Shown here: one piece after another, positions 12,171 to 23,900 of the stretch | How positions within the stretch are numbered: position 1 is the stretch's first letter | How the letters are laid out: each line of letters opens with the position of its first letter | Source: Gekko japonicus | Lineage: Eukaryota | DNA length: 64,000 bases | Assembly (NCBI RefSeq): GCF_001447785.1 | Contig: NW_015166542.1 | Location: forward strand, 23,267-87,266 | Direction of reading: 5' to 3' | The notes under the pieces: generated by a model | What the model saw: only the letters and a program-made list of their open reading frames with translations | What the model was told of the DNA's origin: nothing | Databases searched by the model: none | Program-made: the position numbers and the translations under genes

Positions 12171-12899
12171 TTCCTCTACCCAAAGGAGACTCCAAGTGGC
12201 CTCCAATCGCCTTCCCTTCCTCTCCCCACAGCAGGCAACTCATGAGGGAGGTGGAGCTGAGAGAGTCCTGAGAGAACCGGGACTGGCCGAAGGTCACCTA
12301 GCAGAAGTATGGGGGACCCATCCCCGCTCAGAGTCGGCTACTCCTAACCACGACACCACGCTCGCTCTCTTAAGAATTACACTCACACTAGTTTCCTACA
12401 TGTGTCAGTGCAAAACGTTTTGTTCCTGCCTCTGAACTTTAACTTCCAGAGGTCTGAGGAAGAGGACTGAGTGCATAGACGCGTCCACCGGGCAAGACCC
12501 CAAACCCAAGCCCCAGCTCAAACAGGCTTAGAATGGCAGCTAAGTCCCACACCACCAGACCTCGGAGCAGCACCAGCACTAAGCACTGCCGGCATCGCAC
12601 CCGCACCACAGGGGTGCAACTGCTATGCTGCTATGGCAGCGCAGAACAGGGCCGCCTCCAGGACTCAGGCTGTCAACAGAGCAGGACTCAGTCTCTGCTG
12701 GAAACCTCTCCCAATAACACTCCCCCTGGAGATGAGTCTAGGCTGAACTGGCCGCTCCCACTGATGGTCCCTTTCCAATGTAGACCCCCACCACTCCCAC
12801 CACGTTGCCCCTCAGGGTCGGGAGGTGGGAGGCAGGGAAGTTCCACTCTGTGGCTGAGTGGCAGAGCGTCCACTTGGCATGCAGCATCTCATAGCGTCG

Positions 12900-13185
12900 G
12901 CCAGTTTGGTGTCGTGAGAGGCAGTTTGGTGTCGTGGATAAATGTGCGGACTCTAATCTGGGAGAACCGGGTTTGATTCCCCACTCCTCCACATGCAGCC
13001 GCCGGTGTGACCTTGGGTCAGTCACAAGTTCTCTCAGAGCTGTTCTCTCAAGAGCTCTCTCAGCCCCACCTGCCTCACAGGGTGTCTGCTGTGGGGAGGG
13101 GGAGGGAAAGGAGATTGTCAGCCGCTCCGAGACTCCAAGTGAAGGGCGGGGTATAAATCCAATCTCTTCTTCTTCCTCCTCCTCC
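12900..13185 (+). mobile_element. Squam3-type SINE
   Basis: Same head, body and (CTT)n tail as the other copies. Confidence 0.8.
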
Positions 13186-13527
13186 ATTGGCATCTCCAGT
13201 TAAATGACCAGGCAGGAGGCGATGTGGAAGACCCTTCCCTGCCTGAGGAGACCCTGGAGGGCGGCTGCCAGTCTGAGTAGACAATACTGAGCTTGATGGG
13301 CGGAGGGCCTGGTTCAGTCCAAGGCAGCTTCGGTGATGGAAAGCCCAGTCTGGATCCAACCCCTGCCTTGGGTCTAGAACATCCACGGGAGGAGGAGCCG
13401 AGTGCCCCCCCCCGCCTCCCACCCCACCCCTGGAGCAGTTGAGGAGGCCGTGGCTGCAGCCAGTCACAGCCCTTCCCAACAGAGAGGTGGGGCCACACGC
13501 TGTGTAAGTAAACAGTACAGTTGCCAG

Positions 13528-14157
13528 CAATGTTCCCTCTAAGCTGAATGAGTGTGAGCTAGCTCACAGTTTTTTAGCCTCTGGCTCCCATGTTTTTATC
13601 TTGGCTCGGGAAGGAGGGCTCCAGAGCAAGCTAATGTATGCAGCAGCCCAATCGCTCGCTCACAACTTTAATGCCGGTAGATCACAGAGTAGAATTTTTG
13701 CTCACAAGACTCCACAGCTCGGAGGGAACATTGCAAAGAGTCTAATGTTCCCTTTAAGCTGAGTTAGTGTGAGCTCGCTCACAGTTTCTTAGCCTCCGGC
13801 TCACAGGTTTTTTGTCTCTGCTCAGGCAGGATGGCTCCAGAGCAAACTAATGTATGCAGCAGCCAAACTGCTTGCTCACAGCGTTAATGCCCAACTGCCA
13901 GGAGCTCACAAAGTAGGATTTTTGCGCACAAGACTCCGCAGCTTAGCGGAAACATTGCAAGGACCAGTGTTCCCTCTCAGCTGAGTGAGTGTGAGCTAGC
14001 TCACAGTCTTTTAGCCTCCGGCTCCCTTGTTTTTAATCTTAGCTCTGGAAGGAGGGCTCCAGAGCAAACTGATTGATGCAGCAGCCACATCGCTGGCTCA
14101 CCGCTTTAATGCCAGCAGCTCACAATGTAGAATTTTTGCTCACAGGACTCCACAGCC
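13528..14157. mobile_element. Array of three family-A hAT MITEs
   Basis: Units at 13528-13733, 13743-13957 and 13965-~14157; spacer caaggac between units 2 and 3. Confidence 0.85.
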
Positions 14158-14399
14158 TTGGTTGCCAGGTCTGGGTTGGAAAACACTTGGGAGGCTTTGG
14201 GGGTGGGTCCGGGAGAGGGCGGGGTTTGGGGAGGGGAGGGGCCTCGCCATGGGAGGATGCCACCGAGCTCCCCCGCCTCCCTCCTCCTCCTCCAAAGCAG
14301 CCCTTTTCTCCTCCAGGGGAGCGGATCTCTGCCAGCTGGAGAGCAGATGTAAAAGCGGGAGATCCCCAGGCCCCACCTGGAGGCTGTGGCAACCCCAGC

Positions 14400-14900
14400 G
14401 GGGACAGTGATAAAGGGAGGGGCCCTGTGCGGGGCGGGGCGGGGGGGGAGAAGTGCGCAGGCGCGCCTCCCGCCGGCCTCTCCGAGGGNNNNNNNNNNNN
14501 NNNNNNNNNNNNNNNNNNNNNNNNNNNNNNNNNNNNNNNNNNNNNNNNNNNNNNNNNNNNNNNNNNNNNNNNNNNNNNNNNNNNNNNNNNNNNNNNNNNN
14601 NNNNNNNNNNNNNNNNNNNNNNNNNNNNNNNNNNNNNNNNNNNNNGGGGGGGGGAGGGGGACGGGGGGGGGGGGGGGGGGGGCGGGGGAGGGGAAAGGGG
14701 GGGGTCCCGGGGCTGGGGCTGGCATCCTGCTCCACCACCACCACCACCCCCTGCTGACGCGCGCCCCCTTTCCCTCCCCCCCGCTCGTGTCTCCCGCAGA
14801 GCTCCCCCTGGAACATCATGATCAAGCACCGGCTGGTGCAGCGGCGCGGGCGGCGCTCGCAGATGATGAGCAGGTGAGCCCCGGACTGCAGAGGTCGGCT
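14400..14900 (+). promoter_or_regulatory. CpG island / DNTTIP1 promoter region; exon 1 probably inside N-gap 14489-14645
   Basis: GC boxes (ggggcggggcggg) and very high CpG immediately upstream of exon 2; no exon 1 visible. Confidence 0.65.
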
Positions 14901-17900
14901 CCCGGGGGAGGAGAGCCACCTGGGGGTGTATGGGGGGGTTGCATTTCCAGGGCACCCCGCCCCCACACCGCCAGGGATGTCCTCGCCCAGAGATGCCAGT
15001 CCTACTGAGCGCCAAGGCTCCCTCTCAGCTGCGGAGTCTTGTGCGCAAAGATTCTCCTGGCACTAAAGTCTCCTTTATTCGTTAGATTTCCGTCCCACCA
15101 AGCGGCTCGGGGCGGCTTACAACAATTATAAAACCAGCGCAAATACATACATAACATACAACTCGATAAAATAGCTCAGCTCATTTCCAATTAAATGAAA
15201 TAAATGTGGCGGTGTCGTAGAATAGAGTGCAAGCGCAGCACGGCCGATATAGGGTCTTTCCTACTGGAAGGCCCCGCGGAACAGCTCCGTTTCCACAGCT
15301 CTGCGGAATTGTTGGAGGTCCCATAGAGCTCTGGTCTCCTGAGGGAGCTCATTCCAGAGCGTTGGTGCCACCAGGGGGAACGCCCTGGCCCTAGTCGCCA
15401 CCAGCCAACCTGGCGTCCCTAGGCCCAGGGGGGGCCAGGCGGTTTTGAGTTCTTACTCCTTCGGCGGAGCCTTACTCTGAGCTGTGCTCGACAGAGGATG
15501 TGCTGCTTGCTTGCAAACTCCTGCTAATCATTCGGCGGCACTTCCCTCATGCCTGCTGGCCTGCACGGCAGAAGCGTCAGGCCTTGTTCTTCCTTTACAG
15601 ATGAGAAGAGCCCATCTTGGATTAGCCCATCTAATCCCTGTAGGGACCCCTCTGGGGTAACTGGTTGAGCACTGTGTGAGGTAGGATGCTGGACTAGATA
15701 GACCCTCACTGGCCTGGTCCAGCATGGTTTTTTCATGCAGTGGACAACTCTACTGTATTTCCTTTGATCCCAGTTAACAGAGCCAGCGGCGATTTCCGTT
15801 GGCTTTTCTGCTGCCTAATAGGTTCAGACTGGCCAACCTGTATTTCTCTTGTTCTTCAGTTCTGTATCTTTAAAGCCTCTCTAAGCTTATGCCCACAGCA
15901 CGATCCAGTCCGCCCCGCCCCCAATGGGAAGGGCCAGCCACTGCCTGCCCCTTGTCTTGCCATCTTGTCCACACTCATGCCGGAGCCCCTCTGTCTCCCT
16001 CTCCTGCCTAGAATCAGCTGGGGGTGGCTTCTGGCTTCTATGGCTTCCAAGGTGCAGGCTCCATGGGGGCAGTTGGGCCGGAGCTCCCTGAGCACAGACT
16101 TGTTGCCCTGTGGAGGTGTTACTCCACTGAAATGTTTGGTCCCTGCCCTTGGAATGATCCATAGAATCATAGAGCCGGAAGGGACCGTCTAATGGTCCAA
16201 CCCCCTGCCCCACGCGGGGCCCGCCCAAAGCATCTCTGACAAATATCCATCCAGCGTCTTCTTGGAAGCCGCCAGTGAAGGGGAGCTCACCACCTCCCCC
16301 TAGGCAGCTGATTCCACCTTTGAACCACTCTGACCATGGAAAAAGTTTTCCTAATGTCCAGCCGATACTCTTTCTGCATGTAATTTCAACCTGTTGCTTC
16401 GGGTCCTGACCTCTGCTGCCAAGTGGAACAGCTCCTGGCCCTCCTCCAAACGACAGCCTCTCAGATCTTTAAAGAGAGCAATCACGTCCCCCCTCATTCT
16501 CCTCTTCTCCAAGTTTAACATTCCCAGGGCCCTCAGCCTTTCCTCACAGGGCTCAGTCTCCAGACCCCTGATCATCCTCGTTGCTCTCTTCTGCACCCTC
16601 TCGATGATTTTGGCCACATCTTTTTTTAAGTGAGACCTCCCGAACTGCACACAGGACTCCAGGTGCGGCCTGACCAAGGCAGTCTACAGAGGAGCTGTGT
16701 GACCACCTGCGAATTCGATGCTGTGGCCCTTTTACTACAACCCAAGACTGAATTTGCCTTTTTCGCCACCGCATCACACTGACTGCTCATATTTACTGAC
16801 TAATGTAAGCCGCCCTGAGCCTGTTCTCGGGGAGGGCGGGATACAAATGGAAATAAAATAAATAAATTTATCCCCGTGCGAAGGAGTGATCATAGAGTTG
16901 GAAGGGATCCCCCAGGGTCATCTAGTCCAAACCCCCCCCCCCCCGAGATGGTGCTGTCTCTTTTATTCCAGCCCAGGAGCGCCTTAGAAACCAACACGAT
17001 TTTCAGGGCAGGAGCTTTCAGGCATCAGAGCTCCCTTCGTCAGATAACTGCAGCTTACCTACGTGGCTGGCCTCTGAAACTGGCTTCAGGGGAGGGAGGA
17101 GGGGGTGGTCTGAGGCTGGAAGGGTTGGTGGTGAGGCTGCCGAGCCCAGCATTGGCCTCCGTTGGGTTGCACAGAGTTGGTTGTATTCATGGCTCTTCCT
17201 GGGTCCAGTTTCACAGACCCCGTGGTTTCCATGGACCTCCTGCGAGCTGTTCTGCAGCCCACGATCAATGAGGAGATCCAGGCTGTCTTCAATAAATACA
17301 TGAAGGTAAGAGCAGGCTTCATAAGAACATAAGAGAGACGCCAATGTTGGATCAGGCCAGTGGCCCATCCAACACTCTGGGTCACACAGTGGCCAAAAAG
17401 ACCAGGTGCCCTCAGGAGGTCCAGCAGTGGGGCCAGGACACTAGAAGCCCCCTCCCACTGTTGCCCCCTCCCCAGCACCAAGAAGACAGAGCATCACTTG
17501 CCCCAGAGTCCCTATCTATACCTTGTGGCTAATAGCCACTGGTGGACCTCTGCTCCATATGCTTATCTAATCCCCTTTTGAAGCCGTCCGTGCTTATAGC
17601 CGCCACCACCTCCTGTGGCCATGAATTCCATGCTTCAGTACAGGGGTCTTCAGTGTGCTGAATTTTGGGTGGGGGGAGCAGCAAAGGGAAGTGTGACATT
17701 TGAGGGAGAGGCTCCAGTCCGCTTGTGCCACCCTGGCTCCAAGAACGCCATTCCTGTTTCCAAGTTCTTCCAGAAGGCTGCCGGCAACGTGCGAGAAAAC
17801 GTTGGGGAAGACGTGGACACCGAGCAGCTCATCCAGGACACGTGTCGGAGCTGCCTGGAGCAGGTGGGTGTCCCCTGCCCGTGCTGCGGGTGGGAGCCCC

Positions 17901-20900
17901 AAAGTGGGGGCAGGGGGGGAGGCAGAGAGCAGCACCAGATCCTCCTGGGATCTGCTGGGGGACAGACTCTGCCATGCACTGCTCTGGGGGTGGGAGAGCT
18001 GAGCGGGGCAGCCCCCAAGCAAGGGAAGAAAGCGTGAGGGGGATTCCTTCCAGTGGCAGCCCCATGATTATGGAGCAGCCTCCCCAGGGAGGTACACCTC
18101 ACCCCTTCCCTACATGGTCTTCAGGAGGCTGCTAAAGACAGGTTTATTTAGAAGAAGAGGAGGAGGAGGAGGAAGAGATTAGATTTATACCCCATGGCCC
18201 TTCACTACCTGAAGGAGTCTCCGAGCGGCTGACAAACTCCCTTTCCCTTCCCCTCCCCACGACAGGCACACCCTGGGAGGTAGGTGGGGCCGAGAGAGCC
18301 CTTGACAGAAATGGCTCTTTTTCAAGGACAGCTCTTATCATAGCTATGGCTTGCCCAAGGTCATCCAGCCAGGTGCAAGTGGAGAAGGAGTGGGGAATCA
18401 AACCCGGTTCTCCCAGATTAGACTGCATTTGACTGATCTAGTTTTTATTTATTGGCAGGCCTAACCAGCATTTTTGAATGTCATGTGCTTTTAGAATGGT
18501 GTGATATTGTTTTTTGTGAGGTTTCTGTCGTCACCTTGTTTATCTTGTGCGCTGCCTGGAATTCCGCAAGGGAGAAAGGCCGCTAATGAATGTTTTGAAA
18601 TAACTAAATAAAACCATCGAAGCAGCCAGAGGGAACCTCAAACCACTCAGGGCCCTGCGGGAGCCATGCGTCACCACCCCCAACCCCCCGGGCTGCTTTA
18701 CCCGTTAAAGCGTTTGCTTCCCCCTCCCTGCACCCCGCAGCTGAAGAGGGCGGCTGGGAGGGCATCCCTGGGCTCTCCCCTCTGGTGGCCAGTTCCGAGG
18801 GCACCATCTTTGGCACCCAACTCTGACGGCTTCTTCTCCCTGCAGGCCAAACTCCTCTTCTGTGACGGCAAGAAGTCGGTGGCAAGGCTGCCCCACGACA
18901 TGCCAGCGATGAAGGTAGAAACCGGCCTCCCTCCAGCAAAGGCTGGGGCTCAAGGCATCGCCAGGGTCACCTGCCGAGGAGCCCGTGGCCAGAAGGCCGG
19001 TGGTTGTCCTGCAGGGACCTCCCCGCTGCTGAGGAGGCGCCAAGCCGTGCTGAGCCCAGGAGTGCCGCTTGCCCTGAGGCTGGGCTGCGAGCGCAGATGA
19101 GTGACTCTCCTTTCCTTCCTCCCTTTCTCCCCCCCCCCCCCCCCCCCAGCGGACGACGAGCTCAGCCAGCAAGGGAGCCCCATGCCCAAAAAGGTGAGAG
19201 GAGGCCCTCGGAGCGGAGCAGCTGCCGCCGCAATGTTCCCTCTAAGCAGTGGAGTCTTATGAGCAAAAATCCTGCTTTGTGGGCTACTGGCATTAAAGCT
19301 GTGATCGAGCCATTTGGCTGCTGCATAAAATTAGTTTGCTCCGGAGCCATCCTTCCCAAGCCAAGACAAAAACGTGGGAGCCAGAGGATAAAAAACAGTT
19401 AGCCAGCTCACACTAACTCAGCTTAGAGGGAACACTGGTCCTTGCAATGTTCCCTCTAAGCTGTGGAGTCTTGTGAGCAAAACTCCTGCTTTGTGGGCTA
19501 CCGGCATTAAAGCTGTGAGCGAGCCATTTGGTTATTGCATAAAATTAGTCTGCTCTGGAGCCACATCCTTCCTGAGCTAAGGCAAAAATGTGTGAGCCGG
19601 AGACTAAAACACTGTGAGCTGGCTCACACTATCTCAGCTGAGAGGGAGCACTGGCTGCCCGATGTGCTGTTCCCCCTAGAGCCCGCCTCCTGTCTCTTGA
19701 GGTGGGGCCTCCGCAGGGCACGGGAAGGTCTGCTTCTGCTGGGGCTCTGCAGGGGGGAGAGGACCTCAGTGGGGAAGCACTAACAGCAGGGATTACCCTT
19801 TCAGCGGAAGGGGCGGCCTCCCGGACAGAGCCAGGTGAACGAGCGAGGGACTACGGGGACAAGCATGTAAGTGTGGTGGGGGGGGAGATGTACACCGGGG
19901 GGGGGCATTTGTCTCTCCCTGGGCCCCTCCTGTAGTGCTCCCTGGGAAGGAAGAGCCCCTCACTAAGCGGGGCAGGGGGGGGGGCTTTTTTACAGGGAGG
20001 CCCTTCTGGCCAGAGACAAATACCAAACCGCCTTGTACTGAGCTGGACCACTGGTCCATGAAGAGCCAGTCTGGTGTCGTGGTGAAGTGCGTGGACTCTA
20101 ATCTGGGAGAACCGGGGTTGATTCCCCCACTCCTCCACATGCACCAGCTGGTTGACCTTGGGCAAGCCGTAGCTCTGATAAGAGCTGTCCTTGAAAAAAG
20201 AGCAGTTTCTGTCAGAGCTCTCTCAGCCCCACCTGCCTCACAGGGTGTCTGTTGTGGGGAGGGGAAGGGAAAGGAGTTTGTGAGCCGCTCTGAGACTCCG
20301 AGTGAAGGGCGGGGTATAAATCCAATCTCCTCCTCCTCCCCTTCTTCTTCTTCTATATTGTCTGCTCAGACTAGCTCTCTGGGGTCTGAGGCAGAGAACG
20401 GTCTTTTGTGCCACTTGCTGCCTGACCGTTTTAACTGGTGATGCCAAGAATTGAGCCTGGGACCTTCTGCATGCCGAGCAGATGCCCTGTCCCTGAGCCA
20501 CGGCCCCTCTTCCGCATGACAGTGAGGAGCTGGATGTGGAAGCGCGTCGGGAGGCCCCAAACCATGATGGCGAGGAGCAGCGTTTCTTGGAAACGGCATA
20601 GGCCAGGGAGGCTGTGCCAAGAGACGCTGGGCCATGAGCTCTGGCACTGCTCCTGGCAGCCGGGGTTGGTGCTGAGCTAATCGACTCCCGCGCGGGTGGG
20701 GGAAAGGAGTCGGGTTTGGGCAGGATGAGCCTCCTTGGGAAGCAGACCTGCCAGGCGCCCGGCCCTTCCCCTTGTTCCGCTCTGGAAGCCGCGTCGCTCA
20801 GAGGCCTTTTCTCCTTCCAGGTGGAAGACGAAGTCCTGCGAGCCGCTGCAGAGGGACGGGCCCAAGGTGAGGCGCTGGCGAGAGGGAGCCTCCTCTCGGC

Positions 20901-23900
20901 AAAGGGGCCTCTCTGCGGAGAGGAGAGCCGAGGGCTGCAGGGAGCAGACAGGGAGGCTGGTTGCCTGAGCCTGCCCCTTGCCTGCCGAGGGAACAGAGGA
21001 GAGCATCAGAGAGAAGCCCGTGCGGGGTCAGGCCAGTGGCCCCTCCAGTCCAACACTCTTTTGTCTCATACAGTGCCCAGAAACACCAGATGCCCTCAGG
21101 AGGTCCACCAGTGGGGCCAGGACACTAGAAGCCCTCCCACAGTTGCCCCCACCCCCACAAGCACCAAGAATACAGAGCATCCCTTGCCCCAGACCGAGAG
21201 TTCCTATCTATACCTTGTGGCTAATTGCCACTGATGGACTGCTGCTCCATATTAAGAACATAAGAGAAGCCAGTGTTGGATCAGGCCAATGGCCCATCCA
21301 GTCCAACACTCTGTGTCACATGGTGGCCAGAAACACCCGGTTCCCTCAGGAGGTCCAGCAGTGGGGCCAGGACACCAGAAGCCCTCCCACTGCTGCCCCC
21401 CCCTCCCAAGCACCAAGAATACAGAGCATCCCTTGCCCCAGACCGAGAGTTCCTCTGTATACCTTGTGGCTAAGAGCCACGGATGGACCTCTGCTCCATT
21501 TGTTTATCCAGTTCCCTCTTATGAGAATATAAGAGTACCCAATGTTGGATCAGGCCAGTGGCCCACCCAGTCCAACACTCTGAGTCACACAGTGGCCAAA
21601 AACACCAGGTGCCAGCAGTGGGGCCAGGACACCAGAAGCCCTCCCACTGTTGCCCCCCCCAAGCAAAAAGAGGGAAGGGTTCCAGAAGGGGTGGGCGGGC
21701 CTGGGAGTACTTTGGGTTTGAGATAGCACACCACTTTATCCCCCAGCATCCGCTTTCCAGAGCGAGCTAGGGTAGCAGTGAAGAGCTGTAACCACCACCA
21801 CCACCCCGCCCCACCCCAGGCAGGAGCTTGGGAGGGATGTGAGCGTGTCAAAGAGCTCTCAGCACTTTCCTTCCTGTTGCCCTGCAGTGGAATCCCTCGC
21901 GGATCACAGAGGGCACCGCCTTCGTCCTTGGCTCAAGAGCAAACAAGTGAGTCACGGCTGGGTGAGTGCGGGGGAGGGGTGGGAGGGGCTGACTTGAGCC
22001 GACCATCGGGACGCCAGCCAGACATATTGGGGGGCAGGCGGGCGGCAAAGAAGAGGGCGGGCCTGTCCAGTTGCAAACAAGGGGTCTCTGTTGGTTCTCC
22101 TGCTGCAGGGCCCTTGGGATGGGAGGAACCAGAGGCCGACTGTACATCAAACACCCGCACCTGTTTAAGGTCAGTGCAGGTCGCTGAACACGCCCGAGCA
22201 CGTGACGCTGCCTCCTAATGCATCACACCCTTGTTCCATCGAGCTCAGTATCGTCTGCGCAGGCTGGCAGCCGCCCTCCGGCTCTCACGTCCCCTGACCC
22301 TTTTAGCGGGAGATGCCAGGGACCAAGCTTGGGACCTTCTGTATGCCAAGCAGATGCTCTGCCCTCCCCACCGCCTCCCAGGATCCAGGTGGCCCAGAGC
22401 AGAGGCAGCTGCAGAGAGCCCCTTTGCCACAGGCTGGCCGGCCGGCCGGCCCGTCAGTTCACTGGTGCTGGCTGTGTTCTTCCTCAGCTGCTGTCATGTT
22501 GTCTTCTGCCTATCGAGTGCTGTGTTTGGAACTTGGAGGGGGGTGTGTGTCTGGCCTCACAGACTCAGTGTCTCAGCCGCCTTAGACTCACAGAATGTTA
22601 GAGTTGGAAGAGACCTTGCAGGTCATCTAGTCCAACCCCCTCTGCATTCTGCGGGAGCAGAGCCAGAGGAGAGCCCTACAATTTCTTCCCTGTTAGCCAG
22701 GATTGAATCCAGGAGAGCAGATCCTCTGGTTCCCACCTCCACCTTCTGAGCGATGAAGTTGTCCGCAAGACTATCCAAGAATCTGCGGGATGCCCCATGT
22801 CTAGCAGAGTTAGATTTCCAGCAAACATCTGGATAGTTGCAATCTCCCCTAGCCACAACATCCTGTCTCTGTGAAAGTTTAGTAAGCTGTTGTACGAATG
22901 CATCATCCGGTTCCTCCGGTTGGTTCGGAGGTCTGTAGTATACCCCCACAACACTATCCCCTTCTTTTTTTCCCTTGCTCTATCCTTACCCACACGCTTT
23001 CAACAGGGCAACTCTCGAAAACCTGAGTTTCAGTGCAAACGTATTCATTCTTAACATGTCGCGCCACCCCGCCTTTTTTTGTTCTGTTCCATTTGAGCAA
23101 GGCATATCCTCCAATCGCTGTGCTCCTTCTTGCTGGCCAAGGAGACCCCGTTCCTTGTGGCCACCCCAATCAGACCCCGCTGGCCTTCTCCGCAAAGGGC
23201 AGAGGCTGGGAGGGGGGGAGGGGAGGCTTGCCCAGCAGCGGTCAGGGGGCCGAGCGCAGCTCCGCTCCGTCTTTGGGCAGGAGCCCGTTGTGGGTCTCTG
23301 CTGGGCTGGCAGAATCAGCAGTGGAAGTTTTCAACTTTGCCCCCTCTACGCAGTACGCGGCCGACCCCCAAGACAAGCACTGGCTGGCTGAGCAGCAGCA
23401 CATGAGGGCCACGGGAGGCAAGATGGTGAGTCCGCTGAGGCTGGGGTGGGGCCAGGGGGGGTCCACGTTTCCAAGGGAGAGGAGGCTGTTGGGGCTTGTT
23501 TCAGAAAGAGTTCTGCAGATGCCTGATGGGCATCAGCAGGGGTCATTTCCTGCGGGAGCGCACAGGAGTGGAGCTCCGGCAGTAAGGAACCCAGGGCGTG
23601 GGCACATGCAACAAGCCCCGCCCCCTGCACCCCTCAGTCAGGCCACGAGGAGCAAGGGCAGCCAGGTACGTTGCAGAGGCCCCCCCCCCCGGGCCCGTCT
23701 TCAGGTACAAGCTCTGCTTCCTCTGTGAGGGCATAACCGCGTGTGTCCCCCTCCCCCCAATAGCTAGCAATCCAAAACAGTCCAGTGGCACCTTTAAGAC
23801 CAAGTTTTATTCAGGTACAAGCTCTCCTTCCTCTGTGAGGACAGATCTGCACGTTCCCCCCCCCCCACGTAGCTAGCAGTCCAAAACAGTCCAGTGGAGC

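Noticed and set aside
14073-15015. Long ORFs across the N-gap (also 51143-52550)
   Set aside because: Artefacts of N runs and extreme GC content
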